NCBI GenBank assembly: GCA_038523235.1
Contig: JBCBJQ010000010.1
Coordinates: forward strand, 1 to 64,000
DNA length: 64,000 nucleotides
Direction of reading: 5' to 3'
Source: Cyanobacteria bacterium J06626_4
GTDB taxonomy: Bacteria > Cyanobacteriota > Cyanobacteriia > Phormidesmidales > Phormidesmidaceae
Shown: positions 19,888 through 30,274 of the stretch, in pieces
Layout: the number at the start of each line of letters is the position of its first letter
Numbering within the stretch: position 1 is the first letter of the stretch
The notes under the pieces: model-generated
What the model saw: only the letters and a program-made list of their open reading frames with translations
The model's database searches: none
What the model was told of the DNA's origin: nothing
Program-made: the position numbers and the translations under genes

Positions 19888-21345
19888 ATGACGAGTTTTT
19901 TCTTTACTCCCCAATTTCGACGGCTTGGTCTGCCCAGTCTGCTGTGTGGCGTGGCCAGTGCGCTGATCCCCAGCCTGGCTTATGCCGAGGTGCCCCTGAC
20001 TCGGGCCGACATCGAATCTATTTACAATCAGGTTGAGTTCATTCCGCAGGGGCAGCAAGCTCGTCGCGCCAACCTGAATGACCGGCTGGCACTGGGTGAT
20101 GCCCTGCGAACGGCAGATAACGCCAGAGCTGAATTACGCTTCAACGATGGCTCTTTAGCGCGGGTCGGTGAGCGAGCCACTTTTTGGTTTGTGCCCGACA
20201 CTCGAGATTTTCGACTCTCCAACGGTACGGCTCTGTTCTTGATTCCTCCAGACCGCGGTCCCAGCAATATTCAAACTCCGAGCGCTGTGACCGGTATTCA
20301 GGGCACAGCGTTGGTGGTTCGCCATATTCCGGGAGACTGCGACCTCGATCTTTTAGAGGAATGCCCCGGTCGTACCATCGTAATGGTGCTGACCGACAGC
20401 CCCAAAGGCCCGGTCGAAGTCTCAACGCTCGATGGCCGTACTGCAGCCTTGACGGCAGGTAACTTAGCTGTGATTCAGGGAGAATCGATTCAGGTTCTAG
20501 AGTTTGACCTAGCCCTGTTCTACCAAACCAGTCCCCTGGTGGAGGGGCTTGATCTCAATAACCCCAACTTCGAAGGCAACGGTCAGCCGACCGATCCCGT
20601 GCGCCAGGAAACCTGGGAGGGTCTGCAGTCGCAGCAAGGGTTTGAAGGGAGCTATCAATTAAACCCTGATGTCGTTAGCCTTGACGCCACCTTGGGGGTG
20701 AACACCAGCTGGCTACTGCCCACAGGAAATGTCGAAGTGCCACAGTTGCCAGGCGCATTCCTCCGAGACCCGATCGCTAATGGTAATACCGTGAGCGATC
20801 AAATGGGTCAAAGCACGACTCAGCCCGGGGCTTCAATGGCCTCACCGTCGCTATCGAATCCAGTCTCGAGCACTAGCCCCACTCGCGATGCTCTGCCGGC
20901 AGGCGTTTTACGCCCGACAGGCCCGAGCGGGCAACCCCCGACAACCGCAACTCCACAGCCACCGATTCCGACCAACCCCGTTGGCACACCCCCACCCGCG
21001 GTGGAACCAGTCAACCCCATTGGCACACCCCCACCCACTGTGGAGCCAGTCAACCCCATTGGCACACCGCCACCCACCACAGAACCGTTCAATCCTATTG
21101 GCACACCGAATGAGCCCGCACCCGCACCGGTAGAGCCCTTCAACCCGACGGGTGAACCTGTACCGATGAACAATCAGGTACCCGCTGCGGCCAACCCAGT
21201 CCAGCCGGAGCCGGCGGTGTTTAATCCGATCGGCACCCAGGTACCTGAAAATTCAGTGCCTGCTGGCGTGATTACAGCTGATCCTGAGCCCCCAGCAGGT
21301 GATGGGGAAGTACCGGTGACGACTGACCCGCCAGAGGCTCAATAA
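19888..21345 (+). CDS. FecR-domain secreted protein 2 (paralog of 18291..19412)
   Basis: LGDALRT...AELRFNDGSLARVGE, IQTPSAVTGIQGT; shares EFDLALFY.TSPLV.GL and PTDPVR with paralog 1; long Pro-rich tail; ATG 19888 preferred. Confidence 0.82.
   Translation: MTSFFFTPQFRRLGLPSLLCGVASALIPSLAYAEVPLTRADIESIYNQVEFIPQGQQARRANLNDRLALGDALRTADNARAELRFNDGSLARVGERATFWFVPDTRDFRLSNGTALFLIPPDRGPSNIQTPSAVTGIQGTALVVRHIPGDCDLDLLEECPGRTIVMVLTDSPKGPVEVSTLDGRTAALTAGNLAVIQGESIQVLEFDLALFYQTSPLVEGLDLNNPNFEGNGQPTDPVRQETWEGLQSQQGFEGSYQLNPDVVSLDATLGVNTSWLLPTGNVEVPQLPGAFLRDPIANGNTVSDQMGQSTTQPGASMASPSLSNPVSSTSPTRDALPAGVLRPTGPSGQPPTTATPQPPIPTNPVGTPPPAVEPVNPIGTPPPTVEPVNPIGTPPPTTEPFNPIGTPNEPAPAPVEPFNPTGEPVPMNNQVPAAANPVQPEPAVFNPIGTQVPENSVPAGVITADPEPPAGDGEVPVTTDPPEAQ
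20974..21108 (+). repeat. Coding tandem repeat, 39 bp x about 3.5 (NPIGTPPPTVEPV-like)
   Basis: aacccc(g/a)ttggcacacc... recurs at 20974, 21013, 21052 and (variant) 21091. Confidence 0.85.
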
Positions 21346-21598
21346 ATCGGCTGAGGAACTTGCCCTACGGCAGCGCTCAACGCTCAAGACAAGGCGGTTG
21401 AGCGGCCTACTCGAAGCCCATCAGAGGGATCGAAATCTAGACCATGGGCACGTTGGTGGGGCGTCGCACCTTTCACTGAATGAACAGCACACCCCCTTGG
21501 TAACGGTGGGGCATCGAGAGTCCTCTGGTCAGGAGTGCTGAGCAATTCTCCAGACCGGCTAACACTAACGCTGATGGACCGCTCCACCCAAACAGACT

Positions 21599-23671
21599 CT
21601 ATTGACCAGGCAAGTTAGTCTGAATAACGCGATAAACTTCGACCAGGGCTTGGCGTCCCTTGAGGGGGAGCTTACCCCACGATTCGACCTGAAACTTGTT
21701 CTGCAGATGCTGGTAAGTATCCTGGCCAATCAGCGTCCGGCAGCGGGTCGTTTGTCGATGTTTGTCTAAGCTTTCGAGACGCGAGGCGATGTTAACACTG
21801 TCGCCAATCACGCCATATTCCATCCGGTGATGGCCGCCGAGGCTGCCCACGACGATCGGCCCGGTGAAGATGCCGACTCGCATTTCTAACAGCGGCAACT
21901 TTTGGCTAGTGCGCTCTTGGTTGATTTGGGCGAGGCGATCGCTCATGCTGAGGGCACAGGCAACAGCGGCTTGGGCATCACTCGCAATTTCCTCGGGAGT
22001 AGTGCTGGCGATGGGCACCCCAAAGACCGCTAACAGGCCGTCACCAGTAAATTTATTGACGATGCCATGGTGCAGTTGAATCTCTTCGGTCATGGCTTCT
22101 AAGTAGTGATTGAGCCATTCGAGCAGTTGCTCGGGAGGCGCGGTTTCGGCCAGGGTGCTGAAGCCTCTGATGTCAGTAAACATCATGGTGGCAACCATTT
22201 TTTGCCCCGGCAATTTGCCGGACTTTAAGAGGCGATCGCGGTTATCCCACAACGCTTGAGCGATGGCCGGTGAGGCCGTTTGACCGAGCAACGTCTGCAT
22301 CATCTGCCGCTGCCGAAAGGATTGCTGTGCCTGATATGCCAACACCACACTGCTGGTGCCGACGACGGTAAGGGCAGGCGCGACCAAGGGCAGCCAGCCC
22401 TGGGTCAAAAAGAGGCCATAGCCCCCCACCGCAATGCCAACAAACAGGCTCGATTGACTCGCCGTCAGCATCACCGGATGACGTAGATACCAGGCCAGAG
22501 TGCCCCCCAGCAACCCCCACCCGAGGCACCAGAGCCATTCTTGCCAGGGCTCACTGGTGCCCATTAACGGGCGATCACCCAGAGCCAGATCTAACAGTTG
22601 ACTAACCATTTGAGCGTGAACGACCACCCCGGGCATTTGATGCGTGTCATCCTGAGTACCAGCCGTAAAGGGGGTATAAAACAGGTCTTTAACGCTGGGC
22701 GCAGTGATCCCGATCAGCACAATTTTGTCTTTAACCCAAGCCGGGTCGACCTCATCATTGAGCACCTCTAGTAGCGTGACCTCGCGGCTAGGGGTGAGGC
22801 GATCGCGATAGTCCAGCATAATCTGATAGCCCGCCGTATCTTCTACCGCGTACCCGCCAGCACCGCCGGTGAGGGGAAACAGCGTCGTGGAACCGAGCTG
22901 CATATAGTCAGGGTTGTGAGGACTAGCCGTCGGCCCCATATCTTGGGTCGCTAAATAGCGGGTTGCCAGCTGCAGCGAAAACGAAAACAGCGTGACATTG
23001 CCCATGGGGTTAATCTGCTCGGCGATCAGCAGGGCGCGTCGCACCTTGCCATCGGGGTCAACCACGACGTCGTTAAAACTCACCTGGGCCGGTTCTATAT
23101 CCGGTGGGGGCGGAATCCCCGGTGCGCCCGCTGGATTAGACAGTTGAGTAATCACCACCACATTCGGAGCCTGTAGCGATCGCAGCAGCTCATCTCGCCC
23201 TGGGGGCTTGGGAATGGCTCGAAAGATATCCAACCCAATGGCTACCGGCTCGTGCTGCTGCAGCTTATCTAAAGCTTGAGCCACGGTGCCATCCGAGAGG
23301 GGAAACTCGGCTAAAGCATCTAAATCAGCTTCCGTAACCGTCACGATCAGCAGGCGATCGTCTGGCGCCAGGGGCATAGTCTCTTGGCGCAGGCGCATCA
23401 TCTGGTCGTAAGCTTTTTGTTCCAGACTTTCTAGCACCCCCAACTGAGCCAACCCCATCACGCTGGTAGCAACGGCCAAACCGGTCGTGACGACGACCGC
23501 CATATTTTTGCTATGGGACTGGAGCCAATGCCATGACTGCTGAGCTACGGGCAAAAGCGACCCCAAACGATGCGGCTTCAGGCTAACCACAGAAGCTTTT
23601 CCTAATTGATGCGGTAGTTGCTGCAAGCACCCTGAGAGCGATGAGTCATGCCGCGCCCCCTTCACAAACAA
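21599..23671 (-). CDS. CHASE2-domain class III adenylate/guanylate cyclase
   Basis: CHASE2 motifs (AIGLDIFR, DPDGKVRR, KIVLIG, PGV.VHA), three TM helices, cyclase motifs FTDIRGFS, KFTGDG and GDSVNIASRLES. Confidence 0.92.
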   Translation of the reverse strand: MFVKGARHDSSLSGCLQQLPHQLGKASVVSLKPHRLGSLLPVAQQSWHWLQSHSKNMAVVVTTGLAVATSVMGLAQLGVLESLEQKAYDQMMRLRQETMPLAPDDRLLIVTVTEADLDALAEFPLSDGTVAQALDKLQQHEPVAIGLDIFRAIPKPPGRDELLRSLQAPNVVVITQLSNPAGAPGIPPPPDIEPAQVSFNDVVVDPDGKVRRALLIAEQINPMGNVTLFSFSLQLATRYLATQDMGPTASPHNPDYMQLGSTTLFPLTGGAGGYAVEDTAGYQIMLDYRDRLTPSREVTLLEVLNDEVDPAWVKDKIVLIGITAPSVKDLFYTPFTAGTQDDTHQMPGVVVHAQMVSQLLDLALGDRPLMGTSEPWQEWLWCLGWGLLGGTLAWYLRHPVMLTASQSSLFVGIAVGGYGLFLTQGWLPLVAPALTVVGTSSVVLAYQAQQSFRQRQMMQTLLGQTASPAIAQALWDNRDRLLKSGKLPGQKMVATMMFTDIRGFSTLAETAPPEQLLEWLNHYLEAMTEEIQLHHGIVNKFTGDGLLAVFGVPIASTTPEEIASDAQAAVACALSMSDRLAQINQERTSQKLPLLEMRVGIFTGPIVVGSLGGHHRMEYGVIGDSVNIASRLESLDKHRQTTRCRTLIGQDTYQHLQNKFQVESWGKLPLKGRQALVEVYRVIQTNLPGQ

Positions 23672-24181
23672 CAGTTCAACGCTGTCTTGCGGAGAGCACC
23701 AACCCTCGGCCTCGAGATCCCAACCGCTCGCCAGCGCTACTGGTCACAAACTCTGCGGTAGGGGTACGAACCGGCGTCCACCGATCCACTTGATGATCCG
23801 CTTCTCAGCCCCTCTTCCAGCCAACCAGACCGGCCTTCAACTCGGGCCTTGAGGCGAGATGACTCACTCCTGCTCAATCTACAGTAAAAATCAGCGCGAC
23901 TCCGGAGAGGCCCTGGAATTAGCCCGAGTGTAGCCCTCCGCCCTGAAGCTACACTCAGCAATTGAGAGCCAGCCGCCAGCCGTTCGTTGCTCAGTGGGCT
24001 CCAGTGCTGGTTCGAGCAGCGATCAGATCAGATCAGCATCTGGCCTAGTTTCGGCCTCTCAAACCTCGCTGCCCACCCGGTTAAATTCTGAGTATTCTAA
24101 AAATAGGGAAACATTGCCCTAGTCTTGGCCGAGGCCTGTTCCTGATGCTCTCCAGTTCTGACGCTTGTCGCCCTATTCACC

Positions 24182-24463
24182 ATGCTTGATCAATCCGTTC
24201 AGTTCTTAACGCCCGAAGAATCTGCCGATGTCGACAAAGCCCTGCTGACCTCCCCAGAAAAATTCCTGACCCGGCTGACCATTTCCACCAGCAAGCTGCT
24301 CAAAGCGATCGCGAGCGATCTAGAGTCATCGGTAGAAGACTTGACCCCACAGCAAATTATCGAGTGGTTTGAGGCCGACTCAAAACGCAAGCAAGCAGAA
24401 GGCGTCAATGCCTCTGTCCTGAAATGGGACGCAGCCAACTTGGATGACTTGACCGCGGGCTAA
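24182..24463 (+). CDS. Hypothetical protein (93 aa)
   Basis: Compact ATG ORF with protein-like composition upstream of pspA/vipp1. Confidence 0.7.
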   Translation: MLDQSVQFLTPEESADVDKALLTSPEKFLTRLTISTSKLLKAIASDLESSVEDLTPQQIIEWFEADSKRKQAEGVNASVLKWDAANLDDLTAG

Positions 24464-24791
24464 CGGCAACTTTTGCCGCCGATCGCAACGGGCCACCCCG
24501 CCAAGCGCTGAGCCGGGAACTTAAACTTTCCTGGCGATACCAATTACACCATCGTTAATCTATGCCACCGTTAAAGAGGGTTGACTCTGCCTCAGTTAAA
24601 GGAGTCATGTGCTAAGACTAGAGCAGGCAATCACCCTGTTGTCTGTCGTGAAGTTGCAAATCTTTTGCAGGCTGGCTGTCGAAGGGTAGACGTGGCCAAT
24701 GGTGCTCAGCCCAAAGCGCCTCAAAAGGATGGCAAAACTTACTGGGAGGCGTCTCCCTGTTTGAAAACATTTAGGAAGGAATTACAGAGTC

Positions 24792-25562
24792 ATGGGGTTG
24801 TTTGATCGAGTCAGCCGAGTTGTTCGCTCTAATCTCAACGCTGCCGTCAGTAGCGCCGAAGATCCCGAAAAGATCTTGGAACAAGCCATCATCGACATGC
24901 AGGAAGACCTGGTGCAGATGCGTCAGGCCGTCGCCAAGGCGATCGCCTCGCAAAAACGGGTCCAGCAGCAGTATGAGCGCGCCCATTCCGAAGCGAACAC
25001 CTGGCAACAGCGCGCCCAGCTAGCGCTACAAAAGGGCGACGAAAACCTGGCGCGGGAAGCCTTAACCCGCAAAAAGACCCAGAGTGAAACCGCGACAGCC
25101 CTCAAAGCTCAGCTCGATACCCAGCTCACCCAGGTTGATAGCCTCAAGAAAAACCTGATTGGTTTAGAAAGCAAAATTTCCGAAGCCAAGACCAAGAAAG
25201 ACATGCTCAAGGCTCGCGTCAGTGCCGCCAAGGCCAACGAGCAGTTGCAAAGCACCATGACCTCCATGAACACGAACAGTGCCATGGGAGCCTTTGAGCG
25301 CATGGAAGAAAAAGTCCTGATGATGGAAGCAAAATCACAGGCGGCCAGCGAGCTCGCGGGCTCTGATCTCGAAAGTCAGTTCGCAGCCCTAGAAGCCGGG
25401 GGCGATGTGGATGACGAACTCGCCGCCATGAAAGCTCAACTGGCCGGTGGCTCAACGGGTCAAAGCCAGTTACCAGCTGCTGACGAACCGGTCGCGGCCC
25501 CCGCCGATGCCGTCGTCGACGCGGAGCTAGAAGCCCTCAAAACTCAACTCGATAACGTCTAA
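24792..25562 (+). CDS. vipp1: PspA/IM30 (Vipp1) family protein
   Basis: MGLFDRVSRVVRSNLN..AEDPEKILEQ; AFERMEEKV; C-terminal extension VDAELEALKTQLDNV typical of Vipp1. Confidence 0.88.
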   Translation: MGLFDRVSRVVRSNLNAAVSSAEDPEKILEQAIIDMQEDLVQMRQAVAKAIASQKRVQQQYERAHSEANTWQQRAQLALQKGDENLAREALTRKKTQSETATALKAQLDTQLTQVDSLKKNLIGLESKISEAKTKKDMLKARVSAAKANEQLQSTMTSMNTNSAMGAFERMEEKVLMMEAKSQAASELAGSDLESQFAALEAGGDVDDELAAMKAQLAGGSTGQSQLPAADEPVAAPADAVVDAELEALKTQLDNV

Positions 25563-25599
25563 GTTCAAATCTCTATCGTTTGATTAAACCGTGGGCAGG

Positions 25600-25622
25600 G
25601 GCAGAGATGTCTCTGCCTTTTT
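25600..25622 (+). terminator. Intrinsic terminator after vipp1
   Basis: GGCAGAG-ATGT-CTCTGCC followed by TTTTT. Confidence 0.75.
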
Positions 25623-25646
25623 GCTAGGGCGCTTCGTCAATTCAAT

Positions 25647-25910
25647 CTAGTGCAGCGTCAAATTTGAAATTGTAGGTTGCATTTTTCTGTATTGCTTGCC
25701 TAGAGATACTTCCAAGAGTCGCCAACTCATAATCTCAAACTTGACAGACCACTAGTGCAGCGCCAAATTTGAATTTGTGCGTTCTCAAAATTGAAGAGTA
25801 GATGTCTTGTTTGGACGGGCATCTTGCCCGTTTACCCGACAGGAATCAATCCGGATTGCCATCGTTCTGAAAGTCAACAACCCACAAATTGAGAACTGAC
25901 AGACCACTAG
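25647..25910. mobile_element. Two tandem MITE-like elements sharing a central CTAG
   Basis: Each unit starts CTAGTGCAGCG(T/C)CAAATTTGA and ends TGACAGACCACTAG (imperfect terminal inverted repeats); units 25647-25755 and 25752-25910. Confidence 0.7.
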
Positions 25911-26075
25911 AGCGCTTTGACGATGGTAATTACCGCGCCCGCACCCAAACCAGCTAGGGGCTAATCGCTTTGCAGCGCCAGAATGCCGCTAGATAACAGC
26001 CCCTAGAGAGCGGGAACCGTGCATCTGGCAAAACCTACGATAAGGTGGAAATTGCTACCGCCACATCGCCGACCT

Positions 26076-27248
26076 ATGCAATTTGCCGATCGCCTCGCCC
26101 CACTGCAAACCAATGTCTTCGCCGATATGGATCGAGCGAAGGCCAATGCCCGCCGCTCTGGGCAAACCATCATTGATCTGTCTTTAGGGTCTTCTGATCT
26201 ACCGACGGCGCCTGACGTCCTGGACACGATTGCCGCCGCCCTCTACGACCCCAGCACTCACGGCTACTCGCTATTTCACAGCACCCGACCCTTTCGCCAA
26301 ACCGTCGCTGACTGGTATACTGGCAAGTTTGGCGTCCCCGTCGACCCAGAAACGGAGGTGTTGCTGCTGATTGGCTCGCAAGAGGGCACCGCTCACCTCC
26401 CCCTGGCGGTATTAAATCCTGGGGACTTTGCCCTACTGACCGATCCCGGCTATCCCTCCCACGCGGGGGGGGTTCACCTCGCCAGCGGTCAGTTTTACAC
26501 CATGCCGCTGCTGGTCGAAAATGGCTTTTTGCCGCAGTTTGCCGACATTCCGGCGGCGGTGTTAGCCCAGGCTCGCATGATGGTACTGAGCTATCCCCAC
26601 AATCCCACCACGGGCTATGCCACCCTGGCGTTTTGGCAGCAGGCGGTGGCCTTTTGTCAGACCCATAACCTAGCGTTGGTGCACGACTTTCCCTACGGTG
26701 ATGTGACCTATACCGGCGAGCCCGCACCATCGGTGCTGCAGGCCGATCCCGACAAAACCGTAGCGATCGAGTTTTACTCTATGTCGAAGTCTTACAACAT
26801 GGGCGGCTTTCGGGTGGGCTATGCGATCGGCAATGCCCAGCTCATCGCGGCGCTGCGACAGGTTAAAGCCGTAATTGATTTCAATCAGTATCCCGGCATT
26901 GTGCAAGGGGCGATCGCGGCTCTGTCCGGCTCCCAAGACGGCGTCGCCCACACAGTCAAGACCTTTCAACAGCGGCGCGATACGTTTGTCGATGCCCTGG
27001 GGCGGATTGGCTGGTCAGTGGAGAAACCGGAAGCCACCCAATACTTGTGGCTCAGACTGCCTGAGCCTTGGGCCAAAGATTCCATCAACTTTTGTGTCAG
27101 GCTGGTAGAAGCGACCGGGGTGGCCCTGGCTCCGGGCCGAGGATTTGGCAAATATGGTGAAGGGTATGTTCGCGTTGCCCTCGTACAGCAACCCGACGTC
27201 CTCGAAACGGCGGTGCACAAAATCCAGCACTTCCTCAAAACGGCTTGA
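26076..27248 (+). CDS. dapL: LL-diaminopimelate aminotransferase-like PLP-dependent aminotransferase (class I/II)
   Basis: LIGSQEG, DPGYP, SYPHNPT, HDFPY and SMSKSYNMGGFRVG (PLP Lys); ATG 26076 preferred. Confidence 0.75.
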   Translation: MQFADRLAPLQTNVFADMDRAKANARRSGQTIIDLSLGSSDLPTAPDVLDTIAAALYDPSTHGYSLFHSTRPFRQTVADWYTGKFGVPVDPETEVLLLIGSQEGTAHLPLAVLNPGDFALLTDPGYPSHAGGVHLASGQFYTMPLLVENGFLPQFADIPAAVLAQARMMVLSYPHNPTTGYATLAFWQQAVAFCQTHNLALVHDFPYGDVTYTGEPAPSVLQADPDKTVAIEFYSMSKSYNMGGFRVGYAIGNAQLIAALRQVKAVIDFNQYPGIVQGAIAALSGSQDGVAHTVKTFQQRRDTFVDALGRIGWSVEKPEATQYLWLRLPEPWAKDSINFCVRLVEATGVALAPGRGFGKYGEGYVRVALVQQPDVLETAVHKIQHFLKTA

Positions 27249-27350
27249 AATCAGCTCAAACCCGTTCTGCCCAACGTGACGAACGCGACTGCTCCCGCCC
27301 GCCCCCTTGAACATCCAGCATTCTGAATCTCTTACTAAACCTGTGAACCG

Positions 27351-27572
27351 ATGCCTCTTTCCCCGGATGAAACGAAACAGCTTTTAGAGCGCCTAGTCTT
27401 TGTCGACGGCACTGCTGACGAATGGGTGCAAGATGTGTGGGGGCTGAGTCCAACGCTGGGCGAAACCGCCGCTCGCCTGGTCGATGTGCTCAATGGTTTG
27501 ATCGACTGCACTGCTGATGAGAAGTTAGAAAACCTGCTGCAGGGGTTTTATCGCGAGCAATTTGATGACTAA
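27351..27572 (+). CDS. Small acidic hypothetical protein
   Basis: 73 aa ATG ORF, helical and acidic. Confidence 0.65.
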   Translation: MPLSPDETKQLLERLVFVDGTADEWVQDVWGLSPTLGETAARLVDVLNGLIDCTADEKLENLLQGFYREQFDD

Positions 27573-27868
27573 GACCCATCAGCCATCAACAATCCAAAGC
27601 TAGAAAACTACACTATTGCCGCACCCGCATCACAGGATTAGCATGGGACTGCAAACCCGATCCGACCAGCCCTGCACAGCTTGAATGCGTCAGCGCAGAA
27701 AATGGCAGCCCTGTGGAATTCGCTCAGACAGCATGATGATGATTCGCGGTGAGATTGGTCTCTGGGTGATGGCGATCGCTCGACCTCACAAAATCAGGAC
27801 TTTACGGATTACGGTCAATTCGGTTACCATTAGAGACTGTGTTAAAACCATAAAACAACAGGCATTGA

Positions 27869-28171
27869 ATGGCTAAGAAGAGCATGGTTGCGCGGGAGCG
27901 CAAACGCGAAAAAATTGTTGCTCAGTATGCTGAGAAGCGAGCGGCGCTCATGGAAGAATTCCAGAACGCTGAAGGCCCCCAGGCCAAGTTCGCAATTCAC
28001 CGCAAAATTCAACAGTTGCCTCGGGCCAGCTCTCGCACTCGTTTGCGTAATCGCTGTTGGAAGACGGGCCGCCCTCGGGGTTACTACCGTGACTTTGGGC
28101 TCTGCCGGAACCAACTGCGCCAAATGGCTCACGAAGGGTTATTGCCCGGCGTGGTGAAGTCAAGCTGGTAA
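27869..28171 (+). CDS. rpsN: 30S ribosomal protein S14 (long, zinc-independent form)
   Basis: [39 protein letters not shown]. Confidence 0.98.
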   Translation: MAKKSMVARERKREKIVAQYAEKRAALMEEFQNAEGPQAKFAIHRKIQQLPRASSRTRLRNRCWKTGRPRGYYRDFGLCRNQLRQMAHEGLLPGVVKSSW

Positions 28172-28303
28172 AGGCTCCGAATGAATCGGATTAATCGACT
28201 AATTAAATAGGGCTGGGAGCGTCGCCACCAACTCCCAGTTAGTTTATGAACCCTAGATGCGGGGGTGGCAACTTGATGACATCTATTTGCAACGGAGAAA
28301 GTT

Positions 28304-28912
28304 ATGTCGCGTTATAGAGGGCCTCGGCTCAGAGTTGTGCGTCGCTTGGGTGAACTACCCGGTCTGTCGCGCAAAGCGCCTCGCAAAGCGTATCCGCCCG
28401 GACAACACGGTCAGGCACGCAAGAAGAAGACCGAATATGCGATTCGTTTAGAAGAAAAGCAAAAGCTGCGCTTTAACTACGGCGTCAGCGAAAAGCAACT
28501 CATCCGCTACGTGAAAAAGGCTCGAAAAGCCGGCGGTTCGACCGGATTGGTCATCCTGCAGCTGTTGGAAATGCGGTTGGATAACACGGTGTTTCGTCTC
28601 GGGTTTGCCCCCACGATTCCCGCCGCTCGCCAAATCGTCAACCACGGTCACATCACTGTGAATGGTCGCCTGCTAGATATTGCCAGCTATCAGTGTCGTC
28701 CTGGTGATGTTGTGGCCGTCCGCGATCGCGAAGCTTCCAAAACAATGGTGCAGGGCAACCTGGAGTTTCCTGGTTTGGCTAACGTGCCGGTTCATTTGGA
28801 ACTGGACAAAGACAAGCTGACTGCCAAGGTTAACGGCATCATTGAGCGCGAGTGGATCGCCCTCAACGTCAATGAACTGCTGGTGGTTGAGTACTACTCC
28901 CGGAAGGCGTAG
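28304..28912 (+). CDS. rpsD: 30S ribosomal protein S4
   Basis: [39 protein letters not shown]. Confidence 0.98.
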   Translation: MSRYRGPRLRVVRRLGELPGLSRKAPRKAYPPGQHGQARKKKTEYAIRLEEKQKLRFNYGVSEKQLIRYVKKARKAGGSTGLVILQLLEMRLDNTVFRLGFAPTIPAARQIVNHGHITVNGRLLDIASYQCRPGDVVAVRDREASKTMVQGNLEFPGLANVPVHLELDKDKLTAKVNGIIEREWIALNVNELLVVEYYSRKA

Positions 28913-28958
28913 ATCGCTATTCCTTGATCAAGCAGCGTTCATTGGGTATCGCATCATT

Positions 28959-28995
28959 CAAAAACCTCCAGAGTCTAGCGACCTGGAGGTTTTTG
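28959..28995. terminator. Bidirectional terminator between rpsD and Uma2
   Basis: CAAAAACCTCCAG ... CTGGAGGTTTTTG inverted repeat. Confidence 0.75.
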
Positions 28996-29100
28996 TGGTT
29001 TTAACGTCAGCGATCACGACTTCTGAAAACGTCTCAGCAGACGATTACATCGGCCCCGCTCGGCTCATCCTATCTAAGGCACAAATTAGCTATCTGACGA

Positions 29101-29907
29101 TCACTGCATCTGATTAACCGCTTCGAGCGACAGGGCCAAGGTATCGGCAATCTGTTCTGGGCTCATGCCCATTGCTAACAGCTTCGATACCGCGGCCCGA
29201 CGCGCTTGCTCAGCCTGGTCTGCTCGCTCTCGCTCTCGGTCAGCGCGATCGCGTTCCTGATCACGCGCGGCGATCGATTCGGCATAGGTGGTCAGCTTCT
29301 CGCCCGTTTGCGGGTCAAACAGGCGTAAGGCTCTAGGAACTTGACCACTAGCGACAACCATCAGCCCAGCGAGATCGGGCAGCGGTAAGCACAGATCTAA
29401 ACCCAGCGATTCACTGTGAATCATCCAGGTACCATCCGCTTTTTCGATTAGCGGTAGGGGCTGATAGCTCCCCTGCACCAACGTGAATCCCTTCAATTGG
29501 GGCATCAGATAATCACCGGTCGGGTCATATTGAAAATATTCCTGGACGCCCAGTTGGGCATAAAGCTGAGGCTTTTTGACTTCATCCTGCTGGCGGGTCG
29601 TGCGAGAGGTGATCTCCATGATGAAGGCAGGCACCTTGTCGCCCTCTTCCCAAGTTTTGTAGACTCGTCGCTGGCGCTTAGTGACGCCAAAAACCACAAA
29701 CACATCAGGAGAAACCACCGCACGAGGGTTACCTTCTTCGTAGTAAATAAAGAGGTTGCCTGAGACATAAACCTGACTGCGCCCCTTAAAAAATAGGTTT
29801 AGCGCTTCAACACAGTAGGTCAAGTAGTCCCGCGTGGGATCGCTCTCAGTCATGGGGTGCCCATCGGACTCGGGGTAGTGAATGACAGTGCTGGGGTTAT
29901 AGGTCAT
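29101..29907 (-). CDS. Uma2 family endonuclease-like protein
   Basis: YPESDG.PM.ES, SPDVFVV, EITSRTT, Y..LGV.EYF.YDP; coiled-coil tail. Confidence 0.9.
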   Translation of the reverse strand: MTYNPSTVIHYPESDGHPMTESDPTRDYLTYCVEALNLFFKGRSQVYVSGNLFIYYEEGNPRAVVSPDVFVVFGVTKRQRRVYKTWEEGDKVPAFIMEITSRTTRQQDEVKKPQLYAQLGVQEYFQYDPTGDYLMPQLKGFTLVQGSYQPLPLIEKADGTWMIHSESLGLDLCLPLPDLAGLMVVASGQVPRALRLFDPQTGEKLTTYAESIAARDQERDRADRERERADQAEQARRAAVSKLLAMGMSPEQIADTLALSLEAVNQMQ

Positions 29908-30274
29908 ACAAAGCTCTGGAACCCGCTCGGTTTATTTACTCTAGCATTCGGAAATTGCGGGGAAACTCTGACAGCTAGGGCCAAACGACAAGACTCTCAA
30001 CCAAAACGAGGTCTGACTGAAACGAGCCACGCTTTGAAGGGACAGCCGCACCGACAAGCTTCATACTTCACTGAATTAAGAGTCTTGGCTGAGTATACGT
30101 AAGGACTGAGACTCGGTAAGCTTGAATCACCTACGCCTGGCAGCAGCTTGCTTACCCAGAGGCGGTTACCACCTTGGACTCTCAACTGGGAACCGTTCCC
30201 TCAGTCATTACTAAACAACTAGCCCATTAGCTTATTTGCGGCGCACTCTACAGAGTGAGCATTCTAAATTTCCC

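Noticed and set aside
23737..23961. 74-aa minus-strand ORF upstream of the cyclase
   Set aside because: TTG start, Ser/Arg-rich low-information sequence, no supporting signal
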